Below the pieces are notes generated by a model. It was not told the DNA's origin and did not search any database. It was given only the letters and a program-made list of their open reading frames with translations. DNA of 64,000 bases from Piromyces finnis finn (lineage: Eukaryota; Fungi; Neocallimastigomycota). Position 1 is the stretch's first letter. Every line of letters begins with the position of its first letter. The stretch is from contig MCFH01000063.1 of NCBI GenBank assembly GCA_002104945.1, positions 62,001 through 126,000 on the forward strand, given 5' to 3'. The position numbers and the translations under genes were made by a program. This document shows positions 26,407 through 37,700 of this stretch, piece by piece.

Positions 26407-28065
26407 TTAATTCCAAATTTTGGAACAAATGTTATTAATTTCAATACATTTTTCATAATTATTTTCTTGAGTTTGGGAATAACATTGGGAAAGATTGTCA
26501 TAACATTCAAAGGCCTTTTTGGATTTACATTCATAGGCTTGAGGTTCACAACTGAGATAATATTCCATAGATGATTCATTATTATTGATTGGTTGGGATT
26601 CAGATTCTGAGATGGATGGATAGGTTTCTGATCCGAGAGCAGGGTTAACAGGTTCAACTGGATTAGTTTCTACCAATGGATGATCATTTGATTCATTGTC
26701 CATACCAAACATCCAAGAAGGAACTTTATTAATTAAATCATTAACAGCATCAATATTTTCAACAACGTCATAATCATAAAATTCACGTGGATCAAAGACA
26801 TCTGTAGTGAAGGAAGCATTTACCCAAGCTGGATTCGTTTTTCCATTAGCAGCATTTTGAGCCATCTTAGTTTTAACCTTTAATTTAAAAGATTTTTCGG
26901 CAAGTCCGTCAATATTTAAAGTTTGACCATTGAATTCAGAACCAATATCATGGAATATATATCCACCATAACTATAAACAATAATATCATTGGTAGCTGG
27001 GATTTCTTCATTACCTGCATAATGGAATGAATTATATTCAGAAAGAACATTGGATTCAACTCCTAAACCAATAAAGTATTGTGGAAAGACATTATCATCA
27101 TGGAAATAATTGTCTACGGTTAAAGATTCATAGGCTTCATTGAACGTTTCGGCATAGTAATAATTATTAAATACATGGACCTTACCAAAACGTACACGTG
27201 GCATACGTTCATTGCAATTAATAAAAACATTGTTGTATATGGTGACCTTTAAATGATCACGATCAGTTTGACGACTATCACTGTTACCAATTAACATGGT
27301 TTTTTTATGGTTTTCAAAACGATTATTTGAAATGGTAATGTAGTCTGCCGCATCAACAACATCCAAAAGACCATCATGAGTTTCAACATAATGTCCAAAA
27401 ATTTTTGGATTGGTATTTACACCCTTGGAACCATCACCTAAATAACAATTATCCACCCATACATTGGTAGCATTTTTAATTACAATAGCATCATATTCTG
27501 CATTCCAAGAACCGTGTATACCATCGGTTGGATCCCATTCTGGGAAATAATCATTTGGTGCTTCAATAGATAAATTTTTAATGATGACATTTTCAGTATG
27601 TCTAATTTGAAGAGAAAGTTCTTCTAATCTAGCATCATTACCATTACCAATAATAGTTGTATTTGGTGTGACATCAACATGAATTTGTTGATTTTGAATA
27701 GGACGACCTTGAAGACGAAGTTCTTCGATTTGATTACATTCTGGGGTATCTAACCATTGACTACCATCTTCAGTAAAACAAGCTACATATTTATCAAAAC
27801 TAAAACCCGGAATTAAATTTCCAAAGTTCATGATACTACCGTCATCAAGAGTAATACCGTTAATTGGACCATCAATATAAATAATTTTAGGATCATTTAC
27901 ATTACCATGATTATATAAAGCATCTTTAAATTCTTTAAAAGTAGAAACGTGATATTCTACACCTCCTTGACCACCAGTTGTATTTTTACCCCAACCTATT
28001 GGACTGGAAGCTTTTACCACAATACCAGTTAATAATAATCCAAAATTGATGGATAAAAATTTCAT
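26407..28065 (-). CDS. Secreted polysaccharide lyase family 1 pectate lyase (bacterial-type, intronless) with a C-terminal six-Cys module
   Basis: Signal peptide. PL1 motifs GWGKNTTGGQGG, DAIVIKNATNVWVDNC, HDGLLD, KTMLIGNSD and RMPRVRFGKVHVFNNYY. A Pro/Ser/Glu linker precedes the Cys-rich tail. Confidence 0.92.
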   Translation of the reverse strand: MKFLSINFGLLLTGIVVKASSPIGWGKNTTGGQGGVEYHVSTFKEFKDALYNHGNVNDPKIIYIDGPINGITLDDGSIMNFGNLIPGFSFDKYVACFTEDGSQWLDTPECNQIEELRLQGRPIQNQQIHVDVTPNTTIIGNGNDARLEELSLQIRHTENVIIKNLSIEAPNDYFPEWDPTDGIHGSWNAEYDAIVIKNATNVWVDNCYLGDGSKGVNTNPKIFGHYVETHDGLLDVVDAADYITISNNRFENHKKTMLIGNSDSRQTDRDHLKVTIYNNVFINCNERMPRVRFGKVHVFNNYYYAETFNEAYESLTVDNYFHDDNVFPQYFIGLGVESNVLSEYNSFHYAGNEEIPATNDIIVYSYGGYIFHDIGSEFNGQTLNIDGLAEKSFKLKVKTKMAQNAANGKTNPAWVNASFTTDVFDPREFYDYDVVENIDAVNDLINKVPSWMFGMDNESNDHPLVETNPVEPVNPALGSETYPSISESESQPINNNESSMEYYLSCEPQAYECKSKKAFECYDNLSQCYSQTQENNYEKCIEINNICSKIWN

Positions 28066-28584
28066 TTTAAAACTTTTTTTGTTTAACTAAATCTATATGA
28101 AATTAATAAACAAGTAAACAAAAAAAAAAGTTTTTTTTTTATTATTTTATATAAAGTTTTAAAATTATTTTTTAATATATTATTATTATATTAAATTTCA
28201 ATTCTTTTGACAAAGTTATAATAAAAAAAAAAATAAGCCATCCATTGGAAAAGAAATTTTTAGAGCGGCACATTTCATTAATTAAAAAATAAATTAAATT
28301 TTATTATTAAAAAAAGGAACAAAAAGAAATGATTTAAAAAAGTATAACTATCTTATAATAACTATCTTTTAAATAATTATTAGATAATTGTAGGAAAAAA
28401 AAAAAAACTCTATAATTATTTTATAAAGAGAAAAGTTGTTATAGTATTTATAATTAGATGTAAATAGAATAATTTCTTTTTTTTTTTTCTATACAATCAT
28501 ATTTGCTTTTTATTTCTTTTTTATGGTATTTTATATGATATATAAAGTTGTACAACTTTTTTTGTTTCCCAGTAAAATAAACTT

Positions 28585-28643
28585 TAGAATAAAACTATAC
28601 AAGAAAAAAGTAAAGTTTATTTTTCTTGTATAGTTTTATTCTA
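28585..28643. repeat. Perfect 24-bp inverted repeat with an 11-nt spacer
   Basis: TAGAATAAAACTATACAAGAAAAA (28585-28608) pairs with TTTTTCTTGTATAGTTTTATTCTA (28620-28643). Confidence 0.85.
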
Positions 28644-29040
28644 TAGAATTAATATAAAGCAACAAAAGTTCATTTTAATGATATTTATTTAAATTTCTTT
28701 TATTAACAAAGGATAAAAAGAAAAGATTGAAATCTTTGAATACCTTTTATATCTATATAATGGAAATTTAAAGATACTTTTAAAAGTTTTTTTTCTTTCT
28801 TTCACCTACTAAATAGATAACTTTTTTTATTCTTGTTCTTGTGTAACATGTTACGTATTAATTTTTCATATTAAAATCATTATATAACCCTAATAAATTA
28901 ATTAATGACTAATAATAATAAGAAATAAAATTGAGGCCTATTTTCATAAAGGAAAAAGAAAAACAACTTTTTAACAATAGAATGATGGTGATGGTGATGA
29001 TAGAAGGATTATATTAATAATAGAAAAAATAATTAGAAAT

Positions 29041-29079
<39 letters not shown>

Positions 29080-30711
29080 TTTTTTTACCGTTTTTTTTTT
29101 TTTAAATATAAAATACAAAAAAAATAAAATTCATTTTTTATTATTAATTAATTTCATTTAATTTATTTAAAACAATGGAAAATTTAAATATGAAATAAAA
29201 TTTTAAATTTTTTATATTCTCTTTTTTTATTACTTTTAAACTTTTTTTTTTAGAAATTTACTAATAAAAGTAGGTTATTTTATGCTAGAAAAAAGTTTTA
29301 TTTATATATATAAAAAAATATTCATCTTTTTTTTTATTTTATAATAAAATAAAAAGGAAATAAAAAAAAGAAACAAATATTAAAAAAACAAAAAAAAATA
29401 TTCTTGTAACACCTAAAATTAATGAAATACAGAAAAAATAATTTTTATTTTAAACTTTATTAATTATTAAAATTAAAGTGACATGAAACAAAATGATTAT
29501 TTTTTAATTAAATATAAAAAGTGTAAAACAAATAAAAAATCGACTTTTAATACTAATAAAAATACTTTGATAAAAGTGGAGGTTTTTTTTATTTTATTTT
29601 ATTAATAATATAGAAAAGAGGAAAAAAAAAAAAAAAGAATGATTTATATATAAAAAAAAATAGTTGTTTTTGAAAACAAAAAAAAAAGCTTCAACAACTT
29701 GTTATTTATTAATAAATTTAAACAACATTAAATTAAAATATTTAAAGGGACCTAACAGATAAAATTATTTTGAAAATTAAATAGTGTTAAATTAAAATAA
29801 ATAGATTTATACATTTACATATACTTTTTTTTTTAAGCATAAAAAAAATGCCATAAATCAATTGAACCTTTTTTACTTTTTTTACTTTTAAAAAATATTT
29901 ATATATAAATGATGATGAATGATAATAATCTAGTAAATGATCATCTTTTTTTTTTTTTTTTGGAGGATGGTAAAAAGTCTGATATAAGAATTCTATGTTT
30001 TTTTCCCTTTAATTTATTTCATTATGAAACGCTTTTTACACTCCTACTTATTTCATTAAATTCATCCAAATTTCTTTATTAAACAATCCGGAAAAGTCTT
30101 CTCAACCTTTATTAAAAGTTTAAAGGTCTTTCTGAATATGTTATTGATCAACTACTATTTTATATTTCTTACAGTTAATATTTATGTTCCTTAGATGATA
30201 TAATAGATACTCATGTTTCAAGCAAAGTTTGTGTTAATTTAGTTCTTTCAAACTCCAAATATTTTTCAAATATATTTAATTATTCATCTTGATATAAAAA
30301 TAATATGTGACTTAAACATATTATTATATTAGTAATTTTTCCTAATATTAAATTTATATAGATTCATTATAATATTAATTATTTCTACAATGTATAAGAA
30401 TATAATGTAAATGTACGACAAATGTAATATCATGTAATGTAAAAGAGTATTGTAAATGAATGATCCATATAGTTCCAGCCTTATAATTGGACAATTAATT
30501 ATTAAGTAAGCCTCATTAGTATAAATAGACTAGAATAAATATTATTAAAAAGGGCTTCTTGTTTTAGTTAGAATTTTAATATTTGACAACGACAGAACGT
30601 TTTAGTATTTAGACAGAATAGAAATATTGGAACGTTATAAATAAAATTATTAATAAAATATATATTAATTAAAGTTTAATTCTTTCTACATAAAATTAAC
30701 CCGTATCAACT

Positions 30712-30721
30712 TGGTGGAGAT
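30712..30721 (+). promoter_or_regulatory. Primer-binding site complementary to the 3' end of tRNA-Ala
   Basis: TGGTGGAGAT is the reverse complement of the typical tRNA-Ala 3' end ...AUCUCCACCA and lies just after the putative LTR. Confidence 0.65.
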
Positions 30722-31234
30722 ATCGGAGATAGAAAGAATAGTGTTTTTCGATTTTTTTTTTAAAAAAAAAAAAAAAAAAAGTTTTATTGTTATTTTCTTC
30801 CTTTACTACTTAGAAGTAGAAAAGGATATAAAAAGTTATTATTCTTTTAATAATATAATATAATTAAGTAGTTTATACTAGACAGCTACAACGCTTGCGT
30901 ATAAATTATTAAAGTTTAGTATATTTACTCCAGTTATTTATTGAGGTTATTTAAGAGTTGGTAACTACCATATCAGTTCTTAAATATTCATTAGGAGAGT
31001 AGAGCGCTTCCGGCAGCTATTAAAGAAATATCACCATTCTAACCCACTGTTAGAATAAAGTATTTATTAGTGAGAGCCCGAAGTGGAGGTCGAAAACTAA
31101 ACTTGATAAATAAAATATATTAAATAATTAGTTTGTTATATTATTTTCAGTTAAATAAGTAAAAAAAAAAAAAAAAAAAAAATTTTTGTTTACTCATTAA
31201 TACCTAACCCTTTAAATTTCAGTAAATTTTTGCT

Positions 31235-32182
31235 ATGGCTAATAGATCTTCGTATTATAGACTTCCTATCTTGGACAAAACCCATTGCAACGAAGATGTG
31301 TGGAAATGTCAGATGGAAGCATGGTTTTCTAGAGAAGGCATTGTTGATGAGAATGAAAAGTTCGATACCATTGTCGGTTGTATCGATTTCCCAGAAATTG
31401 TTGATGAACTAATTAGGTTTGAACGCATGTGGAACAGGCCACCCTCTTTGGATGAATGTATGCCATCAATTAGGAATAGGTTAGCCTATTGGAACAACAA
31501 ACAGGATGGTTTTCGCCGATTAAAGATTATGGTCATTCGTCCTGGAGAAACAGTGGATGAATTCAATAATAGGTTTTTGGACCTTTACCATTCTTTGGAT
31601 ACGGAATATCGCCCCAGAGTTTCTGTGTACGACTATATGCATGCTATCCGTAGTCGTCCAGAATTACAACATGCCCTCACCATTCGCGAGCCCGCAACTA
31701 TTGATGAGGCTTGCCAAACTGCAAAGAACCATGAATACTGGAAAGAATACGCCTCTTATTCCAGTAGCTTTACTCCTGGTTATAATCCTCATGGTGCTTA
31801 TACACCACAGTATCGTCCGATGGATAGTCATTATTCCAATCCTAACCCTTATTCTTATGGATATTCCAATAATTCCAGTTACAATTATCCCTCAACAACG
31901 GTTGCTCCTGTCCAGGCTCCTGGACCTAGTTACTCAGATCCTTATTTCAACAACAGGCCTCCTGCACCAATGGGTGATGGTTATGCCACTTATCATCAAT
32001 CTGAATATTACACTCCTTATCCTGCTTATAATTCTCCAAATCAGTATCAAAACAGGTATAATTCATCTTACAATCAGCCTAGGAATACCCTTCATGCGTC
32101 TGGTAACTTTTCCCAAAAAGTGTGTTATCGCTGCCATCAACCAGGACACCTCCAAAAAGACTGTGGTCGTTTAAATCACTAA
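31235..32182 (+). CDS. gag: Retrotransposon Gag with a CCHC zinc knuckle
   Basis: MHR-like ETVDEFNNRF and the knuckle CYRCHQPGHLQKDC. Tyr/Pro/Ser-rich linker. Confidence 0.85.
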   Translation: MANRSSYYRLPILDKTHCNEDVWKCQMEAWFSREGIVDENEKFDTIVGCIDFPEIVDELIRFERMWNRPPSLDECMPSIRNRLAYWNNKQDGFRRLKIMVIRPGETVDEFNNRFLDLYHSLDTEYRPRVSVYDYMHAIRSRPELQHALTIREPATIDEACQTAKNHEYWKEYASYSSSFTPGYNPHGAYTPQYRPMDSHYSNPNPYSYGYSNNSSYNYPSTTVAPVQAPGPSYSDPYFNNRPPAPMGDGYATYHQSEYYTPYPAYNSPNQYQNRYNSSYNQPRNTLHASGNFSQKVCYRCHQPGHLQKDCGRLNH

Positions 32183-32415
32183 ATGGAGGTCGATCCACCT
32201 CCAGTAACCAAATGGGTCACTCACCATCGGAATCTACGGTCAAAAAGGATATAATTGCTGTAGCTAAAAGGAAATTAGACCCTACAGATGAGGAGGAATC
32301 AGCTCAAACGAAGAGACGCAACTCGCTCACCTCCTCGAATTCTGATACTACTACTCCTCTTACATCTCCGGTGAGCTCACAACCATCTCAGACACGCCCC
32401 CAGGCGAATCTTCCC

Positions 32416-33192
32416 TGTAAAATATTGTATTAATAGAATAATGTATCTAATACGTATTTAAAATAATGTACAATGTATTGAATTAATGTACCGTAAATCT
32501 TTACAAGATTTATATCACAATACATTAACATAAATCTATGTGAAATCTAAAGTTACGATAAAATAATGTATTACAATACATTAACATAAATTTATGTAAA
32601 TTTAATTTTATGATAAGATAAAGTTTTTGATGATAAAATAAATTTTTTAAATTAAATAATTTTTAACCAATAAATATTTTAGATAAGAAAAAATTTTTTT
32701 TATAAACTAAGCCTCAAAATTAGAAATAAATAAATTAAATATATGTTTGAAATATAATCAACCATATAGTAAATAAATCAAAACTTTATTTTAAGTTTAG
32801 AAAATTCTTTAGTAAATAAATTGAATTTAAATAGTTTAATACAAATAAATTCTTTTAATAAATGCATAAATGTAAACAATGTAAAATTATAATATTAAAG
32901 CATGTATATTAGAATTTATTCAATTTATTTAAAAAGTATAAATAAAGAAAATTTTTCAACTATTGAAACGATAGTTGGAAAATCGTATAGTTTAGTTATA
33001 TAGTTAGTTTAGATTATTAGTTTTAATTTAATTAGTTAATAATCGATTACCTAGTGAGGGCTCTGGTGAAATAACCTTCACGGTAAAGTAATCAACGGTT
33101 GTTTTAGTTTAGTTTAGCTTAATATAATTTAATAAATAAAAAGTTTAATAATTAATAAATTTATAACTAGTGTTTAGTTTAGTTAGTGTATA
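32416..33192 (+). mobile_element. LTR E: an LTR inserted into element A and cut at its 3' side by element B
   Basis: Abrupt TGTAAA start inside element A coding sequence. TATA-like TATAAATAAAG near 32937 and AATAAA-rich U5-like sequence. It ends where LTR B begins. Confidence 0.5.
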
Positions 33193-34726
33193 TGTTAAGT
33201 TTTTGGGTTTGGTTATGCGGCCAGGTCAGAATGTTATTAATTATATAGTAAAAATGTTTTTTAAGAAATTAAATTTAATTATAAAATAACACCTTAAACT
33301 CCCAAATGAAAAATTAAAAATTTATATTTACTTTAAAATAACTTTTTATAAATTTTTTATTTATTTAATAATAATAATATAAATGATATTATAAGTAACT
33401 ATATAATTAAGATTATAACTATAATCTTTACAAAGAATTAAAATCGAATTCAATTCATTCTCTTTTATATTCTTTGTTCAGATTATTAAATTGATATTAA
33501 TAAGAATAAAGTATTACATGTAATATATTAGTAATATAATTAAATAAGTAATAAGATTGTTTGTTTGTTTGTTTGTTTGTCATGACATAAAATAAAATAA
33601 ACATATGATTAATCATTTAAACAGTTGATCCTAATTAGTAATTATAAAAACTATTCAATTAATAATTCATCATTATTAATTGATATTACCATAACATATT
33701 TGTTATAATTAAATAATTATTATTTTCAAAATTATTTCTAATAAAACTTGCCGTTAACCTATTTTATAATAATTAAGATTATTTAATTTATAGGTGTTAA
33801 CTGTTACACCTAAATGGGTCTAGTTCTATTTTTAGTAACAATCGTTATCATTAATTAAATTAATATAACTAAAATTCCTATTGATATATTTTTAATTTCA
33901 TCAAGTCATAAGAAATATTTATGATCCATACTTGATATCATATTGATTTTAATTTACCTAATAAAATCTTTAAATAATCATAACTTCCTTAAATGATCAG
34001 TTAGAAGGACCGCGATTGTACCAAATTGTAGCTTTCTTCCTAAGCTTTCCAATAAACCTAGTTTCATCACCGTAGCACTTACAGCCGTAGCGATCGTTTT
34101 TGGCGAGTTACACCTTATTTCGTACTTGCTTATTTTTGGTTAAGGGTTATAGTGTATTGATATTAAATTTTTGAAATCATAACCCTTTCACTGAATCAAA
34201 ATTTAAAAGGTGACTTTTAAAAGTGTTTTAAAATAATTATTGAAATTATTTAATTATAATTATTATGTTTAATTAATTATAGATATTATCTGAATTTGTT
34301 TTAAATCCAGTTAATATCTTCACAACGCCCTCCCTAGGAATTCGTATTCCAGACGAATTCTATGAACTGGAGCGAAAAGTAAAAATTTTTGATTTTAAAA
34401 AAATTTTTTCGAGAGGAAGTAATAATTTCAAAAGGTCACTTGGCCATTGTGAGATTTTTGAAATTTCACTTTTTGAAAAATTTTCTTGTAGATAAAATTT
34501 TAATAATAAAATTGATACTGCAGATTTTGAATATGAAAATAAAAATAAAAAAATAATAAAGTTTTAATATGATAATTGAAAAATATTTGGTGTAAAAATT
34601 TTGAAATGTTGAAATTTCAAAATTTTGTGATGAGTTAAATTTCGAAATTTAGTTGTTATAAAAATATTTTGTAAATGGTGTAAAAGTTATTTTTAGAGAA
34701 TTATTGACTTATTAATATTATTTTAA

Positions 34727-37700
34727 TTAATTATATGCTATAGAAGCATAATGTCGTCCACTTTTTAAATATTTTTGATAAATGTATTGATTACGTGGAT
34801 TGTCTTCTACTTCACTTGCTGGTACCCAATTATAAGCGGAACGGTATTTGTATCGAATTTTATATTCATATCGTTGTTGTTTATAATTTGTACGGAATCC
34901 AGATATTTCCACTATATCTTTTATTGATTCTGGATCCGCAGTTCTATTTAAAAATTCTTTTGGAGTTGATCTATAAGGTTCCAACTCAGATACATGAAAT
35001 ATTGGATAGTGTTTGGGAAAAGGTGATTTTTTGATATCGATTTCATAATTGTTATTTCTCAAAACTTGAGTTATTTTATATGGACCATATTTACAAGGAG
35101 CTAATTTGGAACTATTTTCAATATTTAGAGAAGGTGGGGCTTGAATCCAAACTAAATCATCAATTTTAAATTTTGGAGCTTCTAAACGACTTTTATCCAC
35201 TCTTCTTTTATACAACTCTTTGGAGCGTAGTAACACTTCTTTTATGTGGTTGAATGCATCATTAACGTTTTGAACTAGTTTATGATTAATATTACATTGT
35301 GGTAATAGGGTCATTTCATCCATCGGAGGGTGGAAACCATAATTAATGAAGAATGGTGTTTCTTTGGTTGATTCATTAACAGCGTTGTTATAGGCGAATT
35401 CTGCAAGTGGAAGCCAATCAACCCAGTCGTCATGATAGAAAGACTTGGAATAACATCTAAGATACTGTTCAATAAAAGAATTTGACCTCTCGACCTGTCC
35501 AACAGTTTCATGGTGGTCAGTAGTAGCTATTCTTGGATGAATATATAATAAATCCAAAAATTCGAGCCAAACATCACTTGTAAATTGTGAGCCTCTATCA
35601 GTATATAGGTCATAAGGGAGACCATGTAAACGATATACATTGTTCAAAAAAGCTTTTGCAGTTTGTGCTGCGTTTGGAACTTGTTTAAACGGCACTAAGT
35701 GAATCATTTTAGAAAAGCGGTCAACCACTACCATAATTACGGTGTACCCTTTAGACTCAGGAAGGCCACAAAGAAAGTCAATTTCTATAGATTTCCATGG
35801 ACGTTCTGGAGTATCTAAAGGTTGTAATTTTCCATATTTCCGATGTCTAGTTACTTTATTTCTTGTGCATGTTTCACAAGAATTAACAAATTTAGTGACA
35901 TCATCCTTAATTTTAGGCCACCAAAAATTTCGAGTTATCAATTCTAAAGTCCTTTTTATACCAAGATGTCCAGCAGAGGGTTGTTCATGATATTTCATAA
36001 GAACATCTAAACGTAGTTTCTCAGGGATATAAACTAAGTTATTATATAAAATAAGATTATTTTTTAATTCAAACTTGTTCATTTTCCTAAATGGTCTATA
36101 AGCCTTTTGGTCATTATGTGGGCTGAAATATAGCATAATATCCTTAGCAGTTTCGTCGTCCTTTAAGTATTGAATAACTTGTTCCAAGAAGTTACTCATA
36201 ATACCAATGAAACTTGGTATTAGTTTTACATTTTTTGAGTCTAAAATATATTCTGGCTTTTCTTCATAAGTCCTATCCATATAGTCAGGTCTGCGAGATA
36301 GATTATCAAGTTTACCATTCTTACGACCTTGTCTGTATATAAGTTCAAAGTCGTATTCTTGAAAGAAAAGGTGCCAACGATGTTGTCTTTGATTACCTAC
36401 CTTTCCTCCAAGAGTATAAAGTAAATTTCTATGATCAGTGTAAACTTTTATTTTATATTTAGCACCAAGAAGAAGGTGCCTCCAAGTAGAGAAAGAATCC
36501 TTAATGGCTAATAGTTCTTTATCTGTTATAGAATAATTAACTTCAGAACTACTTAGACTTCTGGAGTAGTAAGCAACAGGATGTAGACGATTTTCTGAAT
36601 CATATTGAGAAAGTATAGAACCGATAGCAACATTACTTGCATCACATTCTAAAATATATTGTTTTTGAGGATCAGGATGTGATAAAATAGGTGCTGAAGT
36701 TAAACGCGTTTTTAAAATGTTAAATGAGGATTCACATTCTGTGGACCATTTGAACTTTGCATTCTTTTTTGTTAGGTTGTGGAGGGGTTTAGCCAAGTCT
36801 GCAAAATTCATTACAAAGCGTCTATAGTAGTTACAAAGACCTAAAAATCTTTGTACATCCTTAACTGTAGTAGGAATAGGCCAATTTTTGATTGACTCTA
36901 TCTTTTTTGGGTCGGTAGCAATTCCTGAACCTGAAATAACATATCCTAAGAATTCAACTTGTGGTTTGTCAAATTCACATTTAGGAAGTTTAGCATATAA
37001 ATTATTTTCTAATAGTTTAGAAAGAACTTCACGTACATGTTGGTGGTGTTCTTCTAAGGTTTTTGAAAATATAAAAATATCATCCAAATAGAAAATAACA
37101 GATTTTTCCAAGAAAGGTCTGAGAACAGAATTTATAAATGCCTGAAAAGTAGCAGGAGCGTTACGTAAACCAAATGGCATCACTAAATATTCATAGTGAC
37201 CAAACTTTGTGCGAAAAGCAGTTTTATATTCATCACCATTTCTTATTCTAACTAAATTATAAGCAGAGCGTAAGTCGAGCTTGGTGAAATACTTTGCACC
37301 TTTGACACGTTCTATAATGTCGGTAATAAGTGGTATTGGGTAGGAGTTACGTATCGTTACAGAATTGAGTTTTTTATAATCAATACAAACTCTAAGAGTA
37401 CCATCTTTCTTTTTCTGAAATACCACTGGATATCCTGCAGGTGATTCGGATGGTCTAATAAAACCTTTTTCTAAATTTTCCTTGATATACTCTTCTAAAA
37501 CTTTTGATTCTTCTTCTGATAAGGGATAGATGGGACCATAATGAAGAGTAGCATCTTTTTCTAGTACTATTTTACAATCTGTAATTCTATGTGGTGGTAG
37601 TTTATCAGCTTCTTGTTTGCTGAAAACTTTTGCCAAATCTCGATAGGGTTTTGGAATATCTTCAATAGTATGTTCTTCTAAATTGCTTACTTCTTCTGGT

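Larger units (their letters stand above)
30196..32415 (+). mobile_element. Element A: 5' part of a tRNA-primed Ty3/gypsy LTR retrotransposon (putative 5' LTR ~30196-30708, PBS, gag, start of a -1 frame ORF), truncated by LTR E
   Basis: TGATA...TATCA termini (tentative). PBS TGGTGGAGAT at 30712-30721. A gag ORF follows. The sequence is cut at 32416 by a TGTAAA LTR start. Confidence 0.65.
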
